Shown one piece after another: positions 8,829-17,345 of a stretch of DNA of 32,590 bases. The stretch comes from a virus (Duplodnaviria > Heunggongvirae > Uroviricota > Caudoviricetes): the IMG/VR virus record IMGVR_UViG_2740892422_000012; one strand, written 5' to 3'. Made by a program: the position numbers and the translations under genes. Under the pieces are notes generated by a model. That model ran no database searches, was not told the origin of the DNA, and was given only the letters and a program-made list of their open reading frames with translations. The first letter of the stretch is position 1. Every line of letters begins with the position of its first letter.

Positions 8829-9116
8829 ATGTCCACCATTACCAAAGAATGGTTACAACGTAAAATCACAGAGTTTAAATCGTGGCGCGAAGACATCCCG
8901 TTCGGTCTTGATGAAGACGATCACAATATGTTAATCGCACTGGAAATCGCACTTGCATCACTGGAAGCAGAGCCAGTGGCATGGATGCACGCAAATAATC
9001 CTATTGGAATACCGGCGATAACAAGAAGTAAAGATGTTGCAGACAGCTGGCGCTCTAAGGGATGGAATGTATTGCCTCTTTATTCACTGACCCGCTCCAT
9101 CAATTTATGCCATTAA
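8829..9116 (+). CDS. Hypothetical protein (95 aa), co-transcribed with parMR
   Basis: ATG 8829 with ACAGGAG RBS (track GTG start 8811 overlaps parR); composition becomes more AT-rich from here, suggesting separately acquired cargo. Confidence 0.5.
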   Translation: MSTITKEWLQRKITEFKSWREDIPFGLDEDDHNMLIALEIALASLEAEPVAWMHANNPIGIPAITRSKDVADSWRSKGWNVLPLYSLTRSINLCH

Positions 9117-9127
9117 TGGAAGTAATC

Positions 9128-9487
9128 ATGATGAAAGATAATTCCGGAAGCCAGCGTGCATCAGTTGCAGTTATGGTAATGATTAAATTTGTGAAACAGT
9201 ACACCGGAAAGCCAACCTCGCTCCGGCAATTAAGCAAAGAAACCGTTTCACTGTCATATCTGGAGCAAATATTCAGATATTTACGGGAAAGTAGCCTGGT
9301 AAAAGCCACACGCGGCCCGGGTGGTGGATATATCCCAACAAAAGAAAATTACAGTGTTGGTGATATTGTCCGGGCAATGAAATGTTCCGGATTATATACA
9401 CAGCACGTTATTCTGGCTGCACTGGATAATATTTCTTTAACCAGCCTGCAGGAAGACACAAATTATCAGTTGTCTGCCATTGAATAA
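9128..9487 (+). CDS. Rrf2-family winged-helix transcriptional regulator, no cysteine cluster
   Basis: Signature VSLSYLEQIFRYLRESSLVKATRGPGGGY matches the Rrf2/IscR DNA-binding motif (compare IscR [29 protein letters not shown] from memory); lacks the three-cysteine Fe-S ligand cluster. Start at ATG 9128 with GGAAG upstream. Confidence 0.75.
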   Translation: MMKDNSGSQRASVAVMVMIKFVKQYTGKPTSLRQLSKETVSLSYLEQIFRYLRESSLVKATRGPGGGYIPTKENYSVGDIVRAMKCSGLYTQHVILAALDNISLTSLQEDTNYQLSAIE

Positions 9488-9492
9488 GAAAA

Positions 9493-9533
9493 CCCGGAAC
9501 GGGTGCGCAAATTCTTTGTGCGCCCGTTCCGGG
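9493..9533. terminator. Long hairpin between convergent genes; intrinsic terminator mainly for the minus-strand transcript
   Basis: 19-bp stem (two G-T wobbles) cccggaacgggtgcgcaaa / tttgtgcgcccgttccggg, loop ttc. On the minus strand it is followed by TTTTCTT; on the plus strand an A-tract precedes it. Confidence 0.6.
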
Positions 9534-9558
9534 TTGGACAAGCGAAGCGCGTCAGCTA

Positions 9559-9813
9559 TCAGGCCTGCAACAACTCCAGAGCCATTTGTTTTTCTTCCGG
9601 ACGCATCCGCTCAATCAACAGCTTTAACACACCATTCTCCAGCCCGCTGGGCACCAGTGTGTGCGAGTAGGTCAGATTCATCACCCAGGTATGTCCGCAC
9701 TCGAGACGGGTGCAACGGTAATACACATCAGCAAACTGATCGGTTTTCCAGGCTGTTTTCTCAATCACTGCATGTGCACCGCAGCAATGACATCGCGCTT
9801 TCTGTCTGCGCAT
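9559..9813 (-). CDS. ogr: Ogr/Delta-family zinc-finger late transcription activator
   Basis: Start at internal ATG 9813 with GGGAGGTGGAAA RBS; product MRRQKARCHCCGAHAV...YYRCTRLECGHTW has a C-x2-C ... C-x4-C zinc-finger arrangement typical of Ogr/Delta. Confidence 0.75.
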   Translation of the reverse strand: MRRQKARCHCCGAHAVIEKTAWKTDQFADVYYRCTRLECGHTWVMNLTYSHTLVPSGLENGVLKLLIERMRPEEKQMALELLQA

Positions 9814-9844
9814 TTTCCACCTCCCGGAACAGCGTTTTACTGCC

Positions 9845-9878
9845 ACCGATTTTACCCGCTCTTTCCCCATACCGCACA
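9845..9878. other. Candidate cos (cohesive end) region
   Basis: Minus-strand sequence GTGCGGTATGGGGAAAGAGCGGG contains GGGGAAAG, resembling the recalled P2/186 cohesive-end core (GGCGAGGCGGGGAAAGCAC); lies just downstream of the portal gene 3' end as in P2. Weak, memory-based. Confidence 0.25.
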
Positions 9879-10913
9879 TCACTCCGTGGATTCGTTAAAT
9901 TCAAGAATAAATTCCACCTGCCCCAGCCGTCTGATATCCGGATCGCTGTTGATCCCCTCCATAATCAGACGGCGCATCGGAATAACCTCATCTCTGTAAT
10001 ATGCCTCGCGGGATTTCAGTGGGTCACCAAGCCCGGCCGTATTTGCGGGAATGATGCCGGCAAGTCCGGGTGGAAAACGGTGCGCAACGAGCTGATCCTG
10101 GGCACTGATGGTTTTTATATTCAGGAACTCATCTTTTGTGCCTGAATCCCCGATAGGGATCACCTTAACGCCTTCTTTGTCTCCGCCCGGTATATTGATA
10201 AACATGGATTTAAAATTGCCCGCCCCTTTTGACGCCTCTATCTTTTTACGGAATTCCGCCTCGAGCTCGGGATCCATGTCCGGGTCAGTGGAATACAGGA
10301 TATAACCAAGATGTGCGCCGTTCTTGTAATACTTGCGGCGAAAGCGGGTGGCATCCACATTCAGCATGGCGGATTCCATCCCGTGAATATAATCCGGGAC
10401 ACCGTAAACCTGCTGTTGCGGGTCATAAATGGCCACGAACACCACTTCGCCTGGCGGGTAAACGAGATCTTCCAGTGCTGCCTGCACAATCACCGTGCCA
10501 CCCTCGTTGTTACGCCGCAGGTACAGAGAAGGTAACGTATGCAGGCGCACCACGCGACCGAAGCCATTGCGCACTTTAAGCAACCCCATATCCCCGAATA
10601 TCAGCAGATTGGTTACTGCTGCCGCCATGGCGGCGTGTGTCATACCACCACCACCCCGAAAACCCTGCATGATCATATTGACGCGCGCACGCAATACCGC
10701 GCCGTGATACGGTGCGATATTGGACAACATGGCGAGATCCATGCGCTCAATTGGCGGCGTGTACCAGCCGTTATAGCCATCCCAGAGCGAGCCGTAATAA
10801 CAGCCCCATGCAGCGACCGGTTCCGGGTCACCAAATTCAATAAACGTCATTTTGCTGGCTGTTTTTTTTGCCACGCCATCGTGTAACACGGGGTATTTTT
10901 TCTTTTTACTCAT
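9879..10913 (-). CDS. Portal protein (P2 gpQ-like)
   Basis: 344-aa ORF, same size and position as P2 Q, upstream of and co-oriented with the large terminase. Confidence 0.85.
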   Translation of the reverse strand: MSKKKKYPVLHDGVAKKTASKMTFIEFGDPEPVAAWGCYYGSLWDGYNGWYTPPIERMDLAMLSNIAPYHGAVLRARVNMIMQGFRGGGGMTHAAMAAAVTNLLIFGDMGLLKVRNGFGRVVRLHTLPSLYLRRNNEGGTVIVQAALEDLVYPPGEVVFVAIYDPQQQVYGVPDYIHGMESAMLNVDATRFRRKYYKNGAHLGYILYSTDPDMDPELEAEFRKKIEASKGAGNFKSMFINIPGGDKEGVKVIPIGDSGTKDEFLNIKTISAQDQLVAHRFPPGLAGIIPANTAGLGDPLKSREAYYRDEVIPMRRLIMEGINSDPDIRRLGQVEFILEFNESTE

Positions 10914-12693
10914 CTGACAGGATCCATGTTGATTTGCGCTTGTGCTTATAGTTCAGGGGTTCATTACTTGCGGCATGAGCGATGGCAAAGAAGATGTCAG
11001 CGTGCCCGGTTTCTTCGCTACGTTCGGCGGTGAAAGTGACTTTATTGCCACTGTTGGTGGATTCCTGACGAATGGCCAGGAACGATGCCGGAATGTCCGT
11101 GGCTTCCTCATCCCACTCAATACGGTTGGCGTAAATCAGATCCAGCATCTTCATCACCAGGCGGTTTTTGGATTCCACGCTGTAATGAATGGCCACTGTT
11201 TCACGGCGGGCAAATCCCTGAACCAGCTCAAAGACACCGTAGCCAAGACCGGTGACATCAATGCCGATAAACGTCATGTTATAGCGTGCCTTAATGCTGC
11301 GGATACGCTCTGCCATAAACTGGAATGACATGCTGCGCCAGTGGTGTTTTTCCAGCACGCGGAATCGTTCTGCCGCAACCAGCGGCGGTGCCAGCACAAC
11401 AAATGTGGCGTTATCGCCGGAGCGCGCAGGGTCAAAGCCGCCCCACACCTCACGGTTACCAAATGGCATGGGCTCTTCCGGGTGAAAATCCTCCCACGTA
11501 CTGACATCAACACCACAACGCACAAGATCATCAAATTTAAAGACGCTCTCTTTGTCATCCACAAACACACACATAAACAGCATATTGAACGCTGTTTCGT
11601 TGTATCGCTCGCGCAGCTCGTTGATGTCAGCAAGGTTAAAGCCGCCGGCAATGGCATCTTCCAGCGTAACCACATAGCGCCACTGACCATCCGGACATTC
11701 ACGCCCACCATCGCGCAGCTCATCAAAGGACGGAAACTCAACCCCTTTTCGTTTCGGATCGCCTTTGCGCCATTCATCGCCAGACCAGAACGGGTAACCC
11801 TGGTGTGTTTTGGATGACGGCGTGGAGAAATAGGTAATGCGCCAGTGTTTATGGGTGGCCATCCCTGATGCCACTTCATTGAGACGGCGAAAACCGGGGA
11901 TCCACAGGTATTCATCAATATACAGGTGGCCGCTGTTTGACTGCGCTGTGTTACTGTTGGTCGCCAGAAAATACAGTTCAGCCAGATTACTTAACTTAAC
12001 CGGATTGCCTTTAATGGGAATGCCAAACTCTGTTTGTGCAATTTTTACAATATAAGTACGGAATACTTCGGCCTGACGTTTTGATGCCGATAAAAATATC
12101 TGTGTGTCGCCGGTTAATACTGCATCTTCAAATGCCTCAAACGCGAAGTAATACGTCGCCCCAATCTGGCGGGATTTAAGCAGGTTGCGTACACGGCGGA
12201 ATTTGTTTTCACGCAGGAGCAACTGGTAAGTAAACAACTTTTTCGTAAACGGCTCAAAACTTTCAGCAGTCAGTCCGGAAACGTCATTAGCTTTGCGGGG
12301 GCGCTCTTTCTTACCTGCACCTTTTTCTCCGCGTTCTTCTTTTCCATAACGACCAGACTGGGGAATATCCGCTCCCATTCGTTCAATCTCGGCCATTCGT
12401 TCCGTGTGCTTGTTCCTGACCGACATCAGTTTGACGTGATGGCCAATCAGGCGATCGAGTTCATCGTGTTCTTCCGGCGTTTTATGATCACGCTCCGCCA
12501 GTACAGCGAGACGACGGGCGATAACATCTTCCACGCCTTCAGTATTAAGCTGTGTGTACCACTCAAACTTTGTCGCCCAGTAATAAACAATTCGCGGGCT
12601 GTTCAGTCCGAGTTTCTTTTGTATTTCTTTTGGTGTGTGCCTTTTCAGATAGAGCGATTTTGCAGCAGCAATCACCTCATCAGAATACGCCAT
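10906..12693 (-). CDS. Terminase large (ATPase) subunit (P2 gpP-like)
   Basis: 595-aa ORF, divergent from the scaffold/capsid operon as in P2; RBS AGGTGAGG upstream on the minus strand; 8-nt overlap with the portal gene. Confidence 0.85.
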   Translation of the reverse strand: MAYSDEVIAAAKSLYLKRHTPKEIQKKLGLNSPRIVYYWATKFEWYTQLNTEGVEDVIARRLAVLAERDHKTPEEHDELDRLIGHHVKLMSVRNKHTERMAEIERMGADIPQSGRYGKEERGEKGAGKKERPRKANDVSGLTAESFEPFTKKLFTYQLLLRENKFRRVRNLLKSRQIGATYYFAFEAFEDAVLTGDTQIFLSASKRQAEVFRTYIVKIAQTEFGIPIKGNPVKLSNLAELYFLATNSNTAQSNSGHLYIDEYLWIPGFRRLNEVASGMATHKHWRITYFSTPSSKTHQGYPFWSGDEWRKGDPKRKGVEFPSFDELRDGGRECPDGQWRYVVTLEDAIAGGFNLADINELRERYNETAFNMLFMCVFVDDKESVFKFDDLVRCGVDVSTWEDFHPEEPMPFGNREVWGGFDPARSGDNATFVVLAPPLVAAERFRVLEKHHWRSMSFQFMAERIRSIKARYNMTFIGIDVTGLGYGVFELVQGFARRETVAIHYSVESKNRLVMKMLDLIYANRIEWDEEATDIPASFLAIRQESTNSGNKVTFTAERSEETGHADIFFAIAHAASNEPLNYKHKRKSTWILSDE

Positions 12694-12887
12694 AAATAAA
12701 CCTCACCTGCTGATGCAATTTTAATTTATGCATTTTCAGCAAAGGGTTTTTTAAAAACGAATATCGCTTTTCGGTATTTTTCGGATATATACGCATATCC
12801 GAAAGTACCGGAAATTAATCAGATGACGACGTTTTCATTTCTCCGTTAAATAACGCCAGTTTAATTTTTATCAGCGGATTAATTCAG
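12694..12887. promoter_or_regulatory. Divergent late promoter region between terminase and scaffold operons, with large dyad element
   Basis: 194-bp AT-rich gap between divergent late operons; perfect dyad TTTCGGATAT-ATACGC-ATATCCGAAA at 12779..12804, extended by CGGTA/TACCG arms (12772..12810). Confidence 0.5.
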
Positions 12888-13784
12888 ATGACGAAGCAGA
12901 AAACAGACTGGGTTGTGGTTGCCACATCAGGCCCCACCATCGACGGTCGGGAAATTGATCCGAAGTGGCTGACGGATGCCGCCGAGGTTTACAACCCGGA
13001 CGAGCGAGCCGCCATGCTCTGGCCATATCACGCCGATTCCGGATGGCGTGCCTTCACCAATAACTACGGCATTGTTGACGCCCTGAAAGTCGAAAAATTT
13101 GGTGAAAAGGTGCAGCTTAAAGCACGCCTGATCCCAAATCGCTTCCTGATTGAAGCCAATAAGGCCGGGCAGAAACTTTTTACCTCCATTGAGGTGCGGG
13201 AAAACTATCTGGGCACGGGCAAATTCTTTGTGTCCGGTATCGCCGTGACGGATACCCCAGCCAGCATTAACACTACACGCCTGCAGTTTTCCATGGGGGA
13301 AGCCATCCATATGGGCAACGCAGAGGCGCTGAATTTTACGCTGCAGCCTGATGATGAGCAGGCCAAGCGCAACTTCTTCTCCCGCTTCTTCTCATCTGAC
13401 AATCACCAACAGGGAATTTACCAAGCCATGAACGAAGAACAGTTCAGCCAGTTAATGGGTGCCATTAATAAAACCAGTGAACGCCTGGACGAGCTGGAAA
13501 AAAACGTCGCGCAGTTCAGCGCGAAGGACGCCCCGAAAGATACCGGTGATAACAAGCCGGAAGGCAGCACCGGCGATCAGGGGCAGGACAACGCAGAACA
13601 GAACAACAAGGACGACAAAACCTTCACGCTGACCACCGAGCAGGGCGAAAAGCTGTTCTCCACAGTGAACGCCATCGCGGAGAAGGTTACCAGTATGGAA
13701 ACCGCATTTGCTGAACTCAGCAAGGACGCCACGAAGCTGCCGGGCAACAATCCGGCCGGTGGCGAAACTTTTAACCTGGTGTAA
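12888..13784 (+). CDS. Capsid scaffolding protein (P2 gpO-like)
   Basis: 298-aa ORF at the head of the plus-strand late operon; acidic low-complexity C-terminal half typical of scaffold proteins. Confidence 0.8.
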   Translation: MTKQKTDWVVVATSGPTIDGREIDPKWLTDAAEVYNPDERAAMLWPYHADSGWRAFTNNYGIVDALKVEKFGEKVQLKARLIPNRFLIEANKAGQKLFTSIEVRENYLGTGKFFVSGIAVTDTPASINTTRLQFSMGEAIHMGNAEALNFTLQPDDEQAKRNFFSRFFSSDNHQQGIYQAMNEEQFSQLMGAINKTSERLDELEKNVAQFSAKDAPKDTGDNKPEGSTGDQGQDNAEQNNKDDKTFTLTTEQGEKLFSTVNAIAEKVTSMETAFAELSKDATKLPGNNPAGGETFNLV

Positions 13785-13798
13785 CCGGAGAGAACACA

Positions 13799-14812
13799 AT
13801 GAACATGACACCAGAAGCACAAAAGCTGGTTAATCAGTACATCAGCGAACTGCAAAAAACATTCAGTGACTGCGGGAAATCAAGCGATCGTTTCTTTTCG
13901 CTGACCGAGCCACGTAGTATTGCTCTGCGTAAAGCCCTGCTGGAAAGCACGGAGTTTCTGAGTTTCATCACCTGCATGGACGTTCCGCACCCGCAGGGGC
14001 AGGTCGTCACCGTGGGCGAATCCACGCTGCGCACCGGTCGCGTGAAAAGCGGTCGTTTCGCTAAAGGTTCGGGCATCAAAGGCAACGAATTTAAACTCGT
14101 TGAAACTGATTCCTGCTGCGTGATCACCTGGGAACAACTCGCCATCTGGGCGAATGCCGGTAGCCCGCAGGAATTTTTCAACCTGATGAACTCCGCCGCC
14201 GTCACCAACTTTGCGCTGGATATGCTGCGCATTGGCTTTAACGGTAAAACAGCAGCGGAAAACTCTGACCCGGAAAGTCACCCGAACGGCGAAGACGTCA
14301 ACATCGGCTGGCATGAAATCGCCAAAAAGTGGGGAGAACAGCCCGGCAATACCTCCCGTATTCTGACAGACGCCGTTACCCTGGGCGAAGGCGGCGATTA
14401 TGTCGGTCTTGATGCCATGGCCTCAGACCTGATCCGCACTTACATCCCGGCACAGTATCACAACGACCCACGACTTACCGTACTGGTCGGCGCAGACCTT
14501 GTGGCTGCTGAAGAACTGCGCCTCTACAACAAAGAGGACAAGCCCACCGAAAAAGTGGCCGCACAGTTGCTGACGAAGAACATCGCAGGCCGCAAGGCCA
14601 TCATTCCGCCGTTTATGCCGGGCAAACGTATGGTGGTGACCATGCTGCCAAACCTGCAGATCCTGACGCTGAAAGGCTCCCGCCGCCGCAAGGCAGAAGA
14701 TGTGGGCGATCGCAAACAGTTCGAAAACTCATACTGGCGTTACGAGGGGTACGCCCTGGGCGATCCGGATTTATATGCTGCCGTAGATGAGTCTGCGGTC
14801 ACCATCGCCTGA
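13799..14812 (+). CDS. Major capsid protein (P2 gpN-like)
   Basis: 337-aa ORF following the scaffold gene, GGAG RBS. Confidence 0.85.
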   Translation: MNMTPEAQKLVNQYISELQKTFSDCGKSSDRFFSLTEPRSIALRKALLESTEFLSFITCMDVPHPQGQVVTVGESTLRTGRVKSGRFAKGSGIKGNEFKLVETDSCCVITWEQLAIWANAGSPQEFFNLMNSAAVTNFALDMLRIGFNGKTAAENSDPESHPNGEDVNIGWHEIAKKWGEQPGNTSRILTDAVTLGEGGDYVGLDAMASDLIRTYIPAQYHNDPRLTVLVGADLVAAEELRLYNKEDKPTEKVAAQLLTKNIAGRKAIIPPFMPGKRMVVTMLPNLQILTLKGSRRRKAEDVGDRKQFENSYWRYEGYALGDPDLYAAVDESAVTIA

Positions 14813-14829
14813 TAAACGGAGCGCACGGT

Positions 14830-15540
14830 ATGCCAACGCCAATGCAGCGACAACGTGCCCGACAGATGGATGAGCGCCGTGCGGCGCTCATGACCAGAAC
14901 GGACGGGGGCGCCATCAGCACAGAGAGTCAGCACATTAAGCTGCTGGCACTGGATAACGACATCAGACAACTGCACAACATGGAGCTGCTGTCTGACAAG
15001 CTGGAATTCAAACGGAACACGCTGCTGCCCCGCTGGCTGCCACACGCACAGGCTTATCTGGAGGGGGAACGCGTCTATCAGAATCCCATTCTGGTGTACT
15101 GCATCATCTGGCTGTTCGATACCGGGCAGTTTGAGATGGCGCTGCGGTGGGCTGACATTGCCATTGAGCAGGGGCAAAAGACGCCGGAGAACTTCAAAAG
15201 CGAGCTGCCAACGTTTGTGGCCCATTTCATTCTTGAATGGGCAGAAACCGAAGCTGAACGCGGGAACAGTATCGCGCCATATTTTCAGCAGGTGTTTGAA
15301 AAAATCCGCGACAAATGGCGCGTGAATGAACGCCTTGCTGCCCGCTACTGGCGCTTTGCAGGCGTCCTGTTGCTGCGCGGCGATGACGGCAAGCCACAGG
15401 CCAGCGCAATTAACGATCCGGAGAGACTGCAACAGGCCGACCAGTGCCTGGAACGGGCTGCCTGGCTGCATCCCAAAATTCAGGTGAAAACCCTGCGCCA
15501 GCGCATTGCCGCAAGATTGCGCGCGTTGCAGGGCACGTAA
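14830..15540 (+). CDS. Terminase small (endonuclease) subunit (P2 gpM-like)
   Basis: 236-aa ORF after the capsid gene, as in P2. Confidence 0.75.
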   Translation: MPTPMQRQRARQMDERRAALMTRTDGGAISTESQHIKLLALDNDIRQLHNMELLSDKLEFKRNTLLPRWLPHAQAYLEGERVYQNPILVYCIIWLFDTGQFEMALRWADIAIEQGQKTPENFKSELPTFVAHFILEWAETEAERGNSIAPYFQQVFEKIRDKWRVNERLAARYWRFAGVLLLRGDDGKPQASAINDPERLQQADQCLERAAWLHPKIQVKTLRQRIAARLRALQGT

Positions 15541-15638
15541 ACGACTCCCAACAACCGGGCGGGCGCGGTGGAGGTGTGCCGGCAAAAGCCATCAGCACAC
15601 TGCGGAAACCGGTCAGCCCGCCTTTCCCCGGAGTGAGC

Positions 15639-16133
15639 ATGTTTGACGGGAAAAGCATTCACTATCAGCAGGCCATTATTCAGAACGATGGATTCTGGCC
15701 GGATATTGATGCCGGCGATTTTGAAAAGAGCCGCAGCATCCCCGCCGTCACGTCACACGAAACGGTGCTGACGGCGCTGCTTTGCGCGGTAACAGAGATT
15801 AACACTGAACTGGCTGCACGCCGTGAATACTGGCAGGAACAGGGCCACATCCGGGCCGCTGATATTCCGGGTTACACCGTGTTGCAACCAGAGCCGCGCA
15901 ATACGGATGCACAACCTGAACGGATGCAGAACCACATTACAGCACTGTACACCAAGGCTGTGTATGCCCGCGCAAAGGCCGATCTTTTGCCGGAATCTGC
16001 CAGCGTGGGGCGGCGCGAGGCGCAGCCCTCATCAGAAGCCAGCGAAAGCCGCCGGACGTTGCTGGCTGAAGCGGCCATGGCGGTGCGGGCGCTACTGGGC
16101 CGACCACGTGCATCCATCGCGCTGATTGATTAA
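15639..16133 (+). CDS. Head completion/stabilization protein (P2 gpL-like)
   Basis: Start at ATG 15639 (MFDGKSIHYQQ...) with GGAG RBS; the track ORF from 15444 reads through the intergenic gap. Confidence 0.7.
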   Translation: MFDGKSIHYQQAIIQNDGFWPDIDAGDFEKSRSIPAVTSHETVLTALLCAVTEINTELAARREYWQEQGHIRAADIPGYTVLQPEPRNTDAQPERMQNHITALYTKAVYARAKADLLPESASVGRREAQPSSEASESRRTLLAEAAMAVRALLGRPRASIALID

Positions 16134-16142
16134 GGAAATGGT

Positions 16143-16616
16143 ATGACGCAACTCGCCAGCCTGACGGCATTCATTGAAAACAATCTGCCGGCACGCGCAC
16201 GCATTCCGTTCACCAGTGACATGGATGACATCACGCTCGTTCCGTTTACGAAGTCGCTGGGGCACGGGCAGTTATGTACGCAGGTCCGAAAATATACGGC
16301 TTTTCTGCGATGGGACGCATGGCCCTATCGTCAGCTCAATCCGGATTTGGTGTTTTCTCTGGTTGAAGCCTGGCTGGCAGACAACGGCGGCGACCTGCGC
16401 CAGCGCCTGGCACCGGATGCGCCAGCCGTTGACGTCGAAGTGGATGATGAAAATGAAGTGGCATGGCTGGAAATCAGTCTGCCGCTGGTTGATCCCATCA
16501 CCCTGGTTGAGGACGAAAACGGCCCCATCCCCAGAGGCGGGAAACGTTACCAGCTGGAAAAGCCTGAAATCTGGGTGGCTCAGGCGCATCAGCTTCACTG
16601 CCAGATGATGCCATGA
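16143..16616 (+). CDS. Putative tail completion / head-tail joining protein
   Basis: 157-aa ORF between head completion and sheath genes; AGGA RBS. Assignment by position and size only. Confidence 0.4.
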   Translation: MTQLASLTAFIENNLPARARIPFTSDMDDITLVPFTKSLGHGQLCTQVRKYTAFLRWDAWPYRQLNPDLVFSLVEAWLADNGGDLRQRLAPDAPAVDVEVDDENEVAWLEISLPLVDPITLVEDENGPIPRGGKRYQLEKPEIWVAQAHQLHCQMMP

Positions 16617-17326
16617 CGCGCCCCGTGATTAACGAGTCACAACTCCGGCAGGTTCGTCGCGCCATCAGAGAGGCAGAACTTCCGCCGGCAAAGGCCAGAA
16701 AGCTGCTGGTTCGCATTGCGAAATACGGCCTGATACCGGCTGCACGACGCAATGTGAAAGCACAGCGAACACCGGAGGGGGCAGCCTGGGCACCACGAAA
16801 AAGACCGGATAAAGCCAGCGGCAGGTATAAAAACAAAATGCTGCTGGGACTGCCGAAACTGCTGGCCATCAGGGTTGATGGCAGCGGGAAAAGTGTCCGC
16901 CTTTTCTTCAAAAAAGGGGATTACAACTCCGGCTCTCATGGTGGGGCAGTTGCGTGGGTGCAACAGCACGGTGCAACCATCAAAGGCCGCGCCACAAAAC
17001 GCCGGGACAGCGAAGCCATGCGCACCCGTCCCGCCACACGACGGCAGGCAGAACGCCTTCTTTCTCTGGGCTTTCGCGCCCCCGTCGGCGCGGTCAGCAA
17101 AAAAACCGGACGCAGGGGATACAGAAAACCTTCCCTGAAATGGATTATGGAAAACATGAGTATGGCGCAGGCCGGGCTGGTGATCAGCATTCTGAAAGGC
17201 GAGCAGAAAAAACGTGTATGGGAAATCAAAATTCCCTCCCGCGCATTTCTGGGAGCCAGTAACGCTGAATTTGCCCGCATTCTGGAGGCGCAATTGCGCA
17301 GCCTGCATTACGGCGGCACGAGATAA
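16613..17326 (+). CDS. Putative virion morphogenesis / tail completion protein
   Basis: 237-aa basic ORF coupled (ATGA) to the upstream gene, immediately before the sheath gene. Confidence 0.4.
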   Translation: MTRPVINESQLRQVRRAIREAELPPAKARKLLVRIAKYGLIPAARRNVKAQRTPEGAAWAPRKRPDKASGRYKNKMLLGLPKLLAIRVDGSGKSVRLFFKKGDYNSGSHGGAVAWVQQHGATIKGRATKRRDSEAMRTRPATRRQAERLLSLGFRAPVGAVSKKTGRRGYRKPSLKWIMENMSMAQAGLVISILKGEQKKRVWEIKIPSRAFLGASNAEFARILEAQLRSLHYGGTR

Positions 17327-17345
17327 CAAAATCAGGAGACAAACC

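Noticed and set aside
14740-15585. 281-aa minus-strand ORF inside the small terminase gene
   Set aside because: Antisense shadow of a well-supported plus-strand gene in GC-rich DNA; no RBS and biased composition. The same applies to other long antisense ORFs such as 16637..17476, 20677..21630, 22657..23334, 24461..25249 and 11274..11918.
15444-15638. Upstream extension of the head completion ORF
   Set aside because: Reads through the intergenic gap; the ATG at 15639 has a GGAG RBS and gives a product of the expected size.
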